A stretch of DNA of 64,000 nt from an uncultured SAR86 cluster bacterium (GCA_902528875.1 CABZTX010000004.1:5070-69069), one strand, 5' to 3'; positions 31,498-41,958 are shown, counted from the stretch's first letter. Numbers and translations are program-made. The notes: generated by a model not told the origin, from the letters alone.

Positions 31498-32750
31498 ATA
31501 GAATAATTTTTTTACTAATATTTTCTAATATCTTAATTTCTGAACTTATCTTAGAGGTTACTCAGGGTACAGATGATCCTTATAGGGTCGCATTAGTAAC
31601 GTTTAATGGAGACGCCAAAATAGTTAATGAGATAAATTCAGTTATTAGAAATAACCTTATGAGATCTGGCGAGTTTAATATTTTTGAAGATGATGATTTG
31701 TTATCAGTACCTAAAAATGAAAATGAAATAATTTATAACGATTTTAAGATTCTTAATATTGATTATCTTGTTTTTGGAGAGGTTTTTATTGATGGAAATA
31801 GCAATTCAGTAGAATATAAAGTTTTTGATATTAAAAGGGGTACTCAGATAAGAAACTCAACTGTTTTTGGAATTCCAAATAGAAACAGACAATTAGCACA
31901 TTATGTTGCCGATGGTATTTATGAAGAAATAACTGGTATAAAGGGAATATCAGCTACAAAAATTTTATACGTTACTGAGAAAGATAATTTCAATCTAGTT
32001 ATTTCAGATGCTGATGGAAAGAATGAACAACTATTGCTTTCAAGCTCTGAGCCAATAATTTCACCAACATGGTCTCCTGATTCGAAAAAGGTAGCATATG
32101 TATCATTCGAAACTGGTATGGCTAAAGTGTATATTCAAGATATAGCTTCTGGTGAAAGGGAGGTCGTGATAGAAAACTCAAAGCAAATAAGTTCACCAGC
32201 ATGGTCTCCAGATGGAAAATTTTTATCTTTAACAATGTATCAGGATGGAAATGCTGAAATTTATATATTGAACTTAAAAAATAAAAACCTTACTAGATTA
32301 ACAAATCATTATAGTATTGATACTGAATCAGTATGGTCACCAAGAGGAACCAAAATTATGTTTACTTCAGGTCGATCAGGATCTCCTCAATTATATGAAA
32401 TAAATTTAAGAAAATTTAATTCAAAACCAAAGAGGATTACTTTTGATGGAAATTACAATGCTAAAGGATCTTATTTACCTAATAATGAAGGGATAGTTTT
32501 TGTGCATAGAAGCAAAGATCAGTTTCAGATTGCACTTAAATACTTTAATGAAAATTTTGTTAGAACTTTAACAAACTCAATGATGGATGAATCACCTAGT
32601 ATTTCTCCTAACGGAAATGTTATAGTTTATGCAGTAAAAATTAATGGTACTGGGATGCTCGCTGGTGTTACTTTAAGTGGAGCAAAATTTATTTTACCTG
32701 CTTCTGAAGGTGCTGTTCGTGAACCATCTTGGTCAAGTTTTTTGAGATAA
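31494..32750 (+). CDS. tolB: TolB
   Basis: Repeated P.WSPD beta-propeller motifs, AYVSFE, GRSGSPQLY. Confidence 0.95.
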   Translation: MNRIIFLLIFSNILISELILEVTQGTDDPYRVALVTFNGDAKIVNEINSVIRNNLMRSGEFNIFEDDDLLSVPKNENEIIYNDFKILNIDYLVFGEVFIDGNSNSVEYKVFDIKRGTQIRNSTVFGIPNRNRQLAHYVADGIYEEITGIKGISATKILYVTEKDNFNLVISDADGKNEQLLLSSSEPIISPTWSPDSKKVAYVSFETGMAKVYIQDIASGEREVVIENSKQISSPAWSPDGKFLSLTMYQDGNAEIYILNLKNKNLTRLTNHYSIDTESVWSPRGTKIMFTSGRSGSPQLYEINLRKFNSKPKRITFDGNYNAKGSYLPNNEGIVFVHRSKDQFQIALKYFNENFVRTLTNSMMDESPSISPNGNVIVYAVKINGTGMLAGVTLSGAKFILPASEGAVREPSWSSFLR

Positions 32751-32765
32751 TTTAAGGAGGAATTT

Positions 32766-33251
32766 ATGCAGTATACGAGAATTAATTTTCATTTTTTATT
32801 TTTTTTAATTTTTTTAAGCTCATGTTCAAGTATGAATGTTTCTCAGGAAAAAGTTTATCCTGATGATGTGAGAACTGTTAAAGCATCATTGAGCAGTTCT
32901 GAGGTTAGTTATGATAGTGAGGCAATTTTTGCTAATGCAATAATTTATTTTGAGTTTGATAAATCAAACCTTACAACTAAATCTCTTCAAACATTGAAAA
33001 GCATTGTTAATGCATTAGAAGAAAATTCTGCAATTGGATTAACTTTATCTGGTCATGCTGATGAAAGAGGCACTCGTGAATATAATTTAGCTTTAGGTCA
33101 AAGGCGTGCAGAAACCGTAGCTGAATACTTAATACTAAATGGTATTAATAAGAGCAGAATCACTGTAAAAAGCTATGGTGAAGAAATGCCTGCAATGTTG
33201 GGTCAAAATGAGAAAAGTTATGCAAAGAATAGAAGAGTTGAGATAAATTAA
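32766..33251 (+). CDS. pal: peptidoglycan-associated lipoprotein
   Basis: Lipobox LSSC; YFEFDKS, GHADERGTREYNLALGQRRA, NRRVE. Confidence 0.96.
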   Translation: MQYTRINFHFLFFLIFLSSCSSMNVSQEKVYPDDVRTVKASLSSSEVSYDSEAIFANAIIYFEFDKSNLTTKSLQTLKSIVNALEENSAIGLTLSGHADERGTREYNLALGQRRAETVAEYLILNGINKSRITVKSYGEEMPAMLGQNEKSYAKNRRVEIN

Positions 33252-33254
33252 TTA

Positions 33255-33908
33255 ATGAATATTAAATTTTCTTTGTTATTTCTATTACCTATTATTTTTT
33301 TTCACATTGCTGTTCAAGCTGATGATAATGAAGATATAAAAACTGATATTTTATTTTTAAAAATACAGGAGCTTGAGACAGAAATCGCAGAATTAAGGGA
33401 TAGAGTTGAGTCTCAGAATTATTTAATTGAAAAATTAATCAATGAATCTTTAGAAGTCGCTGAAAATAACTCTTCAAACATTGATGACCTTAATTTAGGG
33501 TCAGATATTAAATTTAAAGGTATTGAAGATCCTAAAAGCGAAGACCAAATTTATAATGGAGCAATTACATCATTAGAAAATCAAGAATATGATAGAGCTT
33601 ATAATCTTTTTAACTTTTTTATAAGTAATTTTGATAATCAAGAAAAAAAGCCATTAGCATATTTTTGGTTAGGTGAAATTTCTTTTATTAATGATGATCT
33701 AGAAAATGCAAATAAGTTTTATTTGGAGCTAATAAATTCATTTCCAAATCATTATAGAGTTCCACTGTCACACAAGAAGATAGGCGACATCTACATGAAA
33801 AAAGGTGAAACTAATATGGCTTCAAATAAATATAATTTTGTTATTCGACAATATCCTAATAATACTGCATCTTCTTTAGCCTTGCAGATATTGAAAAATA
33901 TGGAATAA
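33255..33908 (+). CDS. cpoB: cell division coordinator CpoB (YbgF), TPR protein
   Basis: Signal peptide, coiled coil, TPRs (AYFWLGE, QYPN); follows pal. Confidence 0.88.
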   Translation: MNIKFSLLFLLPIIFFHIAVQADDNEDIKTDILFLKIQELETEIAELRDRVESQNYLIEKLINESLEVAENNSSNIDDLNLGSDIKFKGIEDPKSEDQIYNGAITSLENQEYDRAYNLFNFFISNFDNQEKKPLAYFWLGEISFINDDLENANKFYLELINSFPNHYRVPLSHKKIGDIYMKKGETNMASNKYNFVIRQYPNNTASSLALQILKNME

Positions 33909-33935
33909 TCACCATCTTTATTTATGTATTACCCT

Positions 33936-34011
33936 GGGTCGCTAGCTCAGCTGGTAGAGCAGTTGGCTTTTAACCAATTGGTCACAGGTTCGAATCCTGT
34001 GCGACCCACCA
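33936..34011 (+). tRNA. tRNA-Lys (anticodon TTT)
   Basis: 76-nt cloverleaf GGGTCGC...GCGACCC-ACCA; anticodon loop CTTTTAA; T-loop TTCGAAT. Confidence 0.97.
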
Positions 34012-34032
34012 TTTTTGGGGCATAATACTTTA

Positions 34033-35289
34033 ATGTTTTTCTTAAGAAATCTCTTTCTTAATTTAAGAACTTCCTTCACTGTTGATGCATTTAAAGGAGG
34101 TTTTTTGTTCTTTTTAGTTCTATCTTCTTGGTACATCTTGCGGCCTGTTAGAAATGAAATGGCTGTTTCAAATGTTAATGAACTTCCATATCTCTTAGGT
34201 GCTGGAGCGCTAACAATGTTGTTACTAAATCCATTGTATTCATGGATTGCAAGCAGAGCTAATCTAAAAAAAATTGTATTTTATTGCTACTCATTTTTTA
34301 TAACTAATTTAATTTTCTTTATGTTGTCTTGGAGAGTTCTTGATCTAGGAAATTCAGTTTGGTTAGAGAGAGTTTTTTATGTTTGGAGTAACGTATTCGC
34401 ATTCTTTATAGTATCAATTTTTTGGGTTGTAATTATTAATTTATTCAGAGACTTTAAAACAAGAAATTTCTATGGAGTAATTATGGCTGGCGGATCTTTA
34501 GGAGCATTCTTCGGATCCTCAATAACCAAGGAAATGTCAGGATCTTTTAATGAGTTTGGTCTTGAGCTTTTTAGTATTTTTTCAGCTACATTTTTATTTT
34601 TAGCAATGATATTTGCAATTCAAATGATAAACAAATCAAAGTCTCTTAATAAATTAGAGCTTAAAAATGTTGGTGGAGGAAGTCTTGATGCCATAGCTAA
34701 CTCTATTAAGAAGAGCGAAATAAGAAACATCTCTTTATATGTTTGGATTTGGACTGGGCTTATGACTGTTCAATGGATTACTGCTGCTCATATAGTTGAA
34801 TCGTGGTCACAAGATCCTCAAGAAAGAATAGAGTTTTTTTCTCTCATTGAGCAAATTATTTCTCCACTGACCTTTATATTTCAGATTTTTTTAACAAATA
34901 TAATTATTAAGCATATTGGGATAAAAAATATTTTGATGATGTATGGATTTATATTTATCTTAGCTTTCATGTCCTATGGATTTATTCCATCTATAACTGT
35001 TGTTGCAATTATTCAAATAATTCTTAGAGTATTTGAGTATGCAATTAACAAACCAACAAGAGAGATAATTTTTAGTTCATTTAAAAAAGATGATAGATAT
35101 AAATCATCAGTTTTCATTGACACTTTTATTTCTAGATTTGGTGACTTGACTGGAAGCAGCATAATTGAAATTGGGAAATTAACAACAGTTGCATTAAACA
35201 TGCTCCCTCTATTTACTATTCCTATAGCTGCATGTGTGTCTTTTTTAGGTATTAAAATTTCTAAACAGACTAAACTTAAAGGCCCCTAG
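34033..35289 (+). CDS. MFS transporter related to the NTT/TLC ATP:ADP antiporter family
   Basis: About 12 TMs; WYILRPVRNEM, VSIFW, AGGSLGA, EYAINKPTRE, RYKSSVFIDTFISRFGD. Confidence 0.8.
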   Translation: MFFLRNLFLNLRTSFTVDAFKGGFLFFLVLSSWYILRPVRNEMAVSNVNELPYLLGAGALTMLLLNPLYSWIASRANLKKIVFYCYSFFITNLIFFMLSWRVLDLGNSVWLERVFYVWSNVFAFFIVSIFWVVIINLFRDFKTRNFYGVIMAGGSLGAFFGSSITKEMSGSFNEFGLELFSIFSATFLFLAMIFAIQMINKSKSLNKLELKNVGGGSLDAIANSIKKSEIRNISLYVWIWTGLMTVQWITAAHIVESWSQDPQERIEFFSLIEQIISPLTFIFQIFLTNIIIKHIGIKNILMMYGFIFILAFMSYGFIPSITVVAIIQIILRVFEYAINKPTREIIFSSFKKDDRYKSSVFIDTFISRFGDLTGSSIIEIGKLTTVALNMLPLFTIPIAACVSFLGIKISKQTKLKGP

Positions 35290-36712
35290 ACGCATTTAGA
35301 ATTTCTTTAATATCTACAATTTTCGTCATAATCCTCTCAGATACTTGAAAGTTATTTTGTGTAAGTTGAAGCGCAAATTCTAATTGGTTTAGAGCTTTTT
35401 CATTTTGTCCTAAAAGTAGGAAATATTCAGCTCTACTTTGATGATACCCAACTATATTTTGTCCAGTTCTTTGAATTTCAGATAATAGTAACCATAGCTC
35501 AGGGTCTCTATTTTTTCTTATTAGCTGATCTCTAATTATTTCTTCCGCCTCAAATTTCTTATTAATTTGTAAAAGAATCTTTGATTTTGAAATAGATAAT
35601 GGATAATTCCTAGGAGAAATTTCTAAAAATTTATTTACTAATTTTAGAGCATCATCATATCTGCTAGCAGCATTTAAAACATCAACTTTAGTATTATTTA
35701 AAACAAGATTTTTTGGATATTTAGCTATAAGCCTATCAAGAAGTTTGATGCTTTCTGTGTAGTTATTATTATTACTATGCGCAAGGGCTAATCCATAAAA
35801 ATTAGAATCTGAAGGATTATTCTCTACTCTTGCTTTAAAGATTCTTATTGAGTTTGAGGGAATAGTTTCATAATAGACTTCAAGTCTTGACTTCATGAAC
35901 GAAAATTCAAGACTATCTTTTTTAGTATTTTCACTTGAAATATTTTCCGCTGCATTAAATGCATCACTGATTCTTGATGATGACAAAGGATGAGTTAATA
36001 AGAATTCCGGGGGAAGATCTCCAGAAAGTCTTCTTAGATTATTCATATTTTCAAACATTTCGCCCATTGACTTTGGATCATATCCTGCATTTACAAGATT
36101 CATAAAACCAACTCTATCAGCTTCTTTTTCAAATAATCTGCTGTACCGTAAATTTTGTGATTGAAGGATAGCAGGACCAACTGCCATGGCATTTGGATTA
36201 TTGCTTATTAGTGCAATCGCAATTGATGAGACCATGACAAGGGTTGATGCAAGATTAGTATCCTTTGATTTAAGAACATTTCTTGCAAAGTGTCTTTGGC
36301 TTAGATGTGCAAGTTCGTGAGCTAAAACTGAAGAAAATTGTCCTTCATTATCTGAATTAAGGAACAATCCTCCATTGATACCTATAATTCCTCCAGGTGC
36401 AGCAAATGCATTTAGAGAATCATCATCAATAAGCAATATTGAAAAATATCTATCTTCAACTTGGCTGTATTCAGATAATCTATATATGAGATGCTCAGTA
36501 TAATCAAAGATAATTGGATCTGATATCAAAGGCGCTTGAGAGTAGACTTGCTTAAGAAACATTTCACCAATTGCTTTTTCTTGAGCTGCTGAAACTGCTC
36601 CTGAAACTCTATCTCCCAGAATTGGTAATTTTGTGTTGTTTGCACCAGTCTCGTCTGATGAAGCAAGACCAGAAATAAAAATTATTAATATTATAAATAT
36701 TTTTACTAACAT
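35276..36712 (-). CDS. bepA: M48 metalloprotease with TPRs, BepA/YfgC
   Basis: LNAFAAPGG, VLAHELAHLSQRH, EKEADRVG, PPEFLLTHP. Confidence 0.92.
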   Translation of the reverse strand: MLVKIFIILIIFISGLASSDETGANNTKLPILGDRVSGAVSAAQEKAIGEMFLKQVYSQAPLISDPIIFDYTEHLIYRLSEYSQVEDRYFSILLIDDDSLNAFAAPGGIIGINGGLFLNSDNEGQFSSVLAHELAHLSQRHFARNVLKSKDTNLASTLVMVSSIAIALISNNPNAMAVGPAILQSQNLRYSRLFEKEADRVGFMNLVNAGYDPKSMGEMFENMNNLRRLSGDLPPEFLLTHPLSSSRISDAFNAAENISSENTKKDSLEFSFMKSRLEVYYETIPSNSIRIFKARVENNPSDSNFYGLALAHSNNNNYTESIKLLDRLIAKYPKNLVLNNTKVDVLNAASRYDDALKLVNKFLEISPRNYPLSISKSKILLQINKKFEAEEIIRDQLIRKNRDPELWLLLSEIQRTGQNIVGYHQSRAEYFLLLGQNEKALNQLEFALQLTQNNFQVSERIMTKIVDIKEILNASRGL

Positions 36713-36834
36713 ATTAATCCAATTATAAGCTTAAATATTAGAACAAATTAATCAGAATAAGTTTAATCTTCTTTTTACAAAAATTGTCTAAAAATTCTTT
36801 TTTTTAACAAATCTTATATAATGTTGATCTTTAT

Positions 36835-37899
36835 ATGATAGAACATTTAAGCAATTTCTTTAAACGCATTTTTAGTAATGAGGAAACAGTCATTTTTGCT
36901 TTAATAATAATTTTTACGTTAATCATATTTAGTTTCTTTGCAGCTGTTCTTACTCCATTCATAGTAAGTATTATTGTTGCTTATTTATTGGTTGGTCTTC
37001 AGAAAAACATAGTTGCATTTGATCTCTCAGAATCTACTGCAAATATAATATCTTTTTCAATTTTTATAGTTGTTGGCGCAGCAATGTTTACTTGGTTAAT
37101 TCCTCTTCTTTACGTGCAACTCCAATCTTTTGTTCTAGACATACCAAGACTTTTTAATGATTTTCTAAACTTTGTGTCAACAATGCCCGCAGCGTTCCCC
37201 GAACTTGTTAATTCTGACCAAATTTCATTATTTTTCCAAGCAGTTTCTTCTGAATTATCTTCTATCACTCAAAATATTGTAAAGTCTTCAATTGCTGGAA
37301 TTCAAAGCACGATTACAGTTCTCTTATATGTTATTTTGTTTCCTATTCTCGTCTATTTTTTTCTTTTTGATCGAAAAAATATTATTGAAGGGTGTTTAAA
37401 AATAATACCTGGGAATAGAGAAATGTTATCTAAAGTATGGGTGGAGATGGATATTCAATTAAGTAACTATGTTCGAGGAAAAGTTCTTGAAATAATTATT
37501 GTTGCAATTGCTGCAGCAATATTATTTTTTTTATTTGATTTAAATTATGGTGCTCTACTCGCAGTATTAGTCGGTTTATCTGTTTTAATACCTTTTGTTG
37601 GAGCATTTTTGGTCACAATTCCAATTGTGATAATTGGATTGTTGCAGTTCGGTTTGGGAACTCAGTTTTATTTATTGATAGGTTTATACATGCTTCTTCA
37701 ATTCATAGACGGTAACTTGCTCGTACCTTTAATTTTTTCTGAAGCAGTGAAGTTACATCCTATAATAATAATTCTTGCTGTATTTATATTTGGTAGTATG
37801 TTTGGATTCTGGGGAGTATTCTTTTCAATACCACTTGCAACATTTATTAAAGCAGTTTGGAATGCGTGGCCAGGACTATCTTTTAAAAATGAAAAATAA
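36835..37899 (+). CDS. AI-2E family transporter (PerM-like)
   Basis: NYVRGKVLEI, IPFVGA, QFIDGNLLVPLIFSEAVKLHP, GFWGVFFSIPLAT. Confidence 0.9.
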   Translation: MIEHLSNFFKRIFSNEETVIFALIIIFTLIIFSFFAAVLTPFIVSIIVAYLLVGLQKNIVAFDLSESTANIISFSIFIVVGAAMFTWLIPLLYVQLQSFVLDIPRLFNDFLNFVSTMPAAFPELVNSDQISLFFQAVSSELSSITQNIVKSSIAGIQSTITVLLYVILFPILVYFFLFDRKNIIEGCLKIIPGNREMLSKVWVEMDIQLSNYVRGKVLEIIIVAIAAAILFFLFDLNYGALLAVLVGLSVLIPFVGAFLVTIPIVIIGLLQFGLGTQFYLLIGLYMLLQFIDGNLLVPLIFSEAVKLHPIIIILAVFIFGSMFGFWGVFFSIPLATFIKAVWNAWPGLSFKNEK

Positions 37900-38845
37900 G
37901 CTATGCCTTTTAGTATTAGTTTCATTTAATATAATGGCCAACGAAAATTTTGGAATAGCAGTCCATGGTGGTGCAGGTGTTTTATCAGGATTAAGTTCAG
38001 AACAACAAAAAATTATTGAACAACAAGTTTCTAAGACGCTTTTGTCAGCATATAAAATTCTTGAACAAGGCGGATCAAGCATTGATGCGGTTGAATTTGC
38101 TGTATCAGAATTTGAAGACTCTCCTTTGTTTAATGCTGGCAAGGGATCTGTATACAATGCTGACGAAGTCCAAGAAATGGATGCGTCAATAATGCATGGT
38201 AAGGATAGATCCGCTGGAGCAGTAGCTTCTGTTAAAAGAATTAAAAACCCTATAAAGCTCGCTAGAAAAATTTCAGAAAACACTGAACATGTTTTTTTAG
38301 TTGGAGATGGTGCAGAATCTTTTGCCGAGTTAATTGGCGAAACTATTGTAGATCCCAGTTACTTTTATTCTGAAAAAAACTTAATTCGGTTAAGAAAACA
38401 AAAAAATCTTGTTGCTAGTGAAACCAACATAAAAAATAAAATTGGGACAGTAGGTGCAGTTGCGCTTGATAGGATGGGAAATATTTCAGCTGGAACTTCT
38501 ACAGGAGGTATGACTAATAAGATGCCTGGAAGAGTTGGTGATTCACCTATTATAGGTTCTGGTACCTGGGCACAAAACAATTTTTGTGGAGTTTCATCAA
38601 CAGGCCATGGCGAATTTTTTATTAAATATCAAGTTGCTAAAGAAGTTTGCACAAGAATTGAATATTTAGGACAATCATTAGAGGATGCCTCCTCTAAAAT
38701 AATCAGAGAACTCGATGATATTGGTGCTTCAGGAGGGTTAATTGCAATTGATAAGTTTGCAAATGTTGCTATGCCTTTTAATACGAAAGGGATGATAAGA
38801 GGCAGTTTAACCAACAAATCAGATATAAATGTAAAAATTTATTAA
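37889..38845 (+). CDS. iaaA: isoaspartyl peptidase / L-asparaginase (Ntn hydrolase)
   Basis: IAVHGGAG, FNAGKGSV, EMDASIM, GTVGAVALD (Thr nucleophile), TSTGG, GRVGDSP, TGHGE. Confidence 0.92.
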   Translation: MKNKLCLLVLVSFNIMANENFGIAVHGGAGVLSGLSSEQQKIIEQQVSKTLLSAYKILEQGGSSIDAVEFAVSEFEDSPLFNAGKGSVYNADEVQEMDASIMHGKDRSAGAVASVKRIKNPIKLARKISENTEHVFLVGDGAESFAELIGETIVDPSYFYSEKNLIRLRKQKNLVASETNIKNKIGTVGAVALDRMGNISAGTSTGGMTNKMPGRVGDSPIIGSGTWAQNNFCGVSSTGHGEFFIKYQVAKEVCTRIEYLGQSLEDASSKIIRELDDIGASGGLIAIDKFANVAMPFNTKGMIRGSLTNKSDINVKIY

Positions 38846-39309
38846 AGTTCTTCTACAGAGCTAAGGACTTCGTCTACATGTCCTTTCACTTTCACAGACC
38901 TCCATTCTTTTACAACCATTCCTTTGTCATTAATTAGAAAAGTTGACCTATCCACGCCGATGTATTGTTTTCCATACATTGACTTCATTTTCATTACATC
39001 AAAAGCTTTGCACATCTTTTCATCTGGATCCGACAATAATTCAAAAGGAAAAGATTGTTTTTCTTTGAAATTATTATGTGATTTTACGCTATCTCTTGAA
39101 ACACCAAGAATAGCAGTATTAAGTTTTTTAAACTTTTTAAAATTATCTCTAAAATCTTGACCCTCTAAAGTGCAACCAGGAGTACTATCTTTTGGATAAA
39201 AATATACTACTAAATTTTTTCCAATAAAATCTGTATTTGATAACTTAATATCACCAGTGCAGTCGCCTGAAAATTTTGGACATTTTTTGCCAACAAGTTT
39301 TTTTTCCAT
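38842..39309 (-). CDS. bcp: peroxiredoxin BCP
   Basis: YFYPKDSTPGCT, GVSRDS, LLSDPD, RSTFLI, VKGHVDEVL. Confidence 0.95.
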   Translation of the reverse strand: MEKKLVGKKCPKFSGDCTGDIKLSNTDFIGKNLVVYFYPKDSTPGCTLEGQDFRDNFKKFKKLNTAILGVSRDSVKSHNNFKEKQSFPFELLSDPDEKMCKAFDVMKMKSMYGKQYIGVDRSTFLINDKGMVVKEWRSVKVKGHVDEVLSSVEEL

Positions 39310-39371
39310 TATTTTTCCTTACTTATAAATTTATACTATAGTGTATAGTCTTATTTTTACTTATTTATAGA

Positions 39372-40262
39372 ATGATGCAAGTCTTAAATGGAAGTTTAGT
39401 AGCTCTTATTACACCCATGTTAAAAAATGGAGAAGTAGACTTTATATCATTAGGAAAACTAATAGATTGGCATATTGATGAAGGTACAAATGGAATAGTG
39501 TCTGTTGGAACAACTGGCGAATCGGCAACAGTAAATGTAAACGAACATATTAAGATTATCGAGCATACAGTCAAACATGTGAATAAAAGAATACCTGTTA
39601 TTGCCGGTACTGGGGCCAACTCTACTAGTGAAGCGATAGATCTTACTAAAGAAGCATCTGATCTTGGGGCAGACTTTTCTCTAATAGTTACTCCATATTA
39701 TAATAAGCCAACTCAAAAAGGCTTAATTGAACATTATTTTAAGCTAGCTGATTCAGCTGCTATACCTCAAATACTTTACAATGTGCCATCAAGAACTGCA
39801 TGTGACTTATTGCCTTCAACTGTGAAAGTTCTGTCCGATCATGAAAATATCGTTGGAATCAAAGAAGCTGTAAATGAAAATGAAAGAATTAAAGAATTAA
39901 TAGATATTGGTAAATCAAAACAGAATTTTAAAATTTTTTCTGGTGATGACCCTACATTTTTTGATTTTCTTAAAATGGGAGGTGATGGCGTTATTTCAGT
40001 TGCAGCAAATGTAATTCCAAGATCAATTTCTAGTATTTGCAGACATGTAAGTGAAAATAACATTAGCCAAGCAAAAAAGTTAAATGAAGATAACAATAAT
40101 CTATATGAATTGCTATTTGTAGAATCAAATCCAATACCGGTTAAGTGGATCGCCTACAAAATGGGCTTAGTTGAAAACTCTATTAGGTTACCATTGACTA
40201 TACTAGACGAACAATATCAAGAAAACATCATTTCAGAAATGTTAAAATTAGAGATGATATGA
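39372..40262 (+). CDS. dapA: 4-hydroxy-tetrahydrodipicolinate synthase
   Basis: ALITP, GTTGESAT, PYYNKP, LYNVPSRT, GIKEA, SGDD, ESNPIPVK. Confidence 0.97.
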   Translation: MMQVLNGSLVALITPMLKNGEVDFISLGKLIDWHIDEGTNGIVSVGTTGESATVNVNEHIKIIEHTVKHVNKRIPVIAGTGANSTSEAIDLTKEASDLGADFSLIVTPYYNKPTQKGLIEHYFKLADSAAIPQILYNVPSRTACDLLPSTVKVLSDHENIVGIKEAVNENERIKELIDIGKSKQNFKIFSGDDPTFFDFLKMGGDGVISVAANVIPRSISSICRHVSENNISQAKKLNEDNNNLYELLFVESNPIPVKWIAYKMGLVENSIRLPLTILDEQYQENIISEMLKLEMI

Positions 40263-41242
40263 AAATATTTTTAGTATTTTTGTTTTTTTTACCCTCATGC
40301 TCATTTATAAATGGACCAGAAGGTTATTTCCCGGACAAAAAGAATGAATTTTTGAAAGATAAAATTGAAGAGGACATAGCTTTACCAAGCTCTTTATCAG
40401 AACCAAGCACTGAAAACCATTACCCAGTAACTGATCTCGAGCCGATTGAGGAGAGTTTAGAAGTTCCTAAACCTAGACAAATTTTTGCTTCATCTGGAAA
40501 TAGTTCTGTCCAACTCCGAAGACTTGGTGAATTGATGTGGATTTATATTGAAACTTTGCCTTCTACCTCATGGCCAATTTCAAAAAACTACTGGGAAACC
40601 TCTGTTTATGATGTAACAAAAGCTGATCCTAATTTAGGTGAAATTATTATTGATTTTGATCAAAATAATAATTTGCTAATGAAAGTTGAACATGGAATAA
40701 AGGAAGCATCTACAGAATTATTTCTATATCAAGTAAATAAAAAAAATCAGACTATTGAGAGTAATCCAGAATTCATTCAAGCTGAAATGGAAAAAATTGT
40801 AGAATATTTTGCTGAGTCTGTAAGTACATTCTCTGGAACGTCTTTAGCTGCACAAAATCTAAACGAAATGAAAAAAGCTAGTATTTTTACTGAGGATGGA
40901 AAGACGGTTATTGCATTAGATCTTACCTATGATAGAGCATGGTCATCAGTTAATAAGGCATTAAATGAAGCAAACATTGTCACTAATGACAAAGACAGAA
41001 GCAGAGGTATTTTTTATGTAAGTTACGCCAAAGAAGAGGAGAGTCGTTTTTTTGGTTTATTTGGAAGAAACAATAAAGATAACGCTCTATCAAACGAACA
41101 AATTGCATTTGGTGAAGAATCACAGTTTGAAATTTCAATATCTGAAGAAAATAATAAAACTTTTGTGAGAGCAGTTTCAAAAAGTGGTAATATTGAAGAG
41201 TCTGAACAGCTTTTATCAAAAATCAACGAGTCTTTAAGTTAA
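40259..41242 (+). CDS. bamC: outer membrane assembly lipoprotein BamC
   Basis: Lipobox LPSC; DRAWS, DKDRSRGIFYV; dapA-bamC-purC synteny. Confidence 0.82.
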   Translation: MKIFLVFLFFLPSCSFINGPEGYFPDKKNEFLKDKIEEDIALPSSLSEPSTENHYPVTDLEPIEESLEVPKPRQIFASSGNSSVQLRRLGELMWIYIETLPSTSWPISKNYWETSVYDVTKADPNLGEIIIDFDQNNNLLMKVEHGIKEASTELFLYQVNKKNQTIESNPEFIQAEMEKIVEYFAESVSTFSGTSLAAQNLNEMKKASIFTEDGKTVIALDLTYDRAWSSVNKALNEANIVTNDKDRSRGIFYVSYAKEEESRFFGLFGRNNKDNALSNEQIAFGEESQFEISISEENNKTFVRAVSKSGNIEESEQLLSKINESLS

Positions 41243-41958
41243 TGAATAAATTAAAAGAAATTACAAAAGGAAAAGCTAAATCAATGTTTACTACTGATAA
41301 TAGTGAACACTTGGTAATGCATTTTAGTGATGATACTTCTGCTTTTGATGGAAAGAAAAAAGAGGCACTTTTAGGAAAGGGAGCCGTCAATAATCAGTTC
41401 AATGCTTTCATTATGGAACATTTAGAAAATAATGGAATTGAGACTCATATGGTTGAAATTATCGATAGCACTGATTCATTAGTTTATAAACTTGATATGT
41501 TTCCAATAGAATGCGTAATAAGAAATAGAGCAACTGGATCAATATGCAAGCGTTTAGGCACAGAAGATGGCTTAGTTCTCGAAAAACCATTATTTGAATT
41601 TTTTTTGAAGAATGACGAGCTTGGAGATCCATTAATTAATGATGAACATATAATTTCATTTGGATGGGCAAAAAATGATCACATTACAAAAATGAAAGAA
41701 ATTACATATAAGGTAAATGAAATTTTATCCAAATTGTTTATAGAATCTGGACTAATTTTAGTAGATTTTAAAGTTGAATTTGGTCTATATAAAAACAAAA
41801 TACTACTTGCTGATGAGTTTACTCCAGATGGATGTAGGCTTTGGGATTCCAAAACATTAAAAAAAATGGATAAGGATAGATTCAGACAAGGTCTTGGTGG
41901 AGTAGTGGAGTCTTATCATCAAGTAGCAGAAAGATTAGGTATGAAAATAGAAACTTGA
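41242..41958 (+). CDS. purC: SAICAR synthase
   Basis: GKAK, DDTSAFDG, LVDFKVEFG, LADEFTPDGCRLWD, DKDRFRQ. Confidence 0.97.
   Translation: MNKLKEITKGKAKSMFTTDNSEHLVMHFSDDTSAFDGKKKEALLGKGAVNNQFNAFIMEHLENNGIETHMVEIIDSTDSLVYKLDMFPIECVIRNRATGSICKRLGTEDGLVLEKPLFEFFLKNDELGDPLINDEHIISFGWAKNDHITKMKEITYKVNEILSKLFIESGLILVDFKVEFGLYKNKILLADEFTPDGCRLWDSKTLKKMDKDRFRQGLGGVVESYHQVAERLGMKIET

Noticed and set aside
33942-34136. 64-aa minus-strand ORF
   Set aside because: Antisense to tRNA-Lys and the transporter start; its C-terminus is just the translated tRNA complement
33990-35300. Possible genomic island at tRNA-Lys
   Set aside because: No integrase, no duplicated tRNA 3' end noticed, and core synteny resumes at bepA
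39332-39347. Quasi-palindrome TATACTATAGTGTATA between bcp and dapA
   Set aside because: Imperfect and AT-rich; adequately explained by overlapping divergent -10 elements
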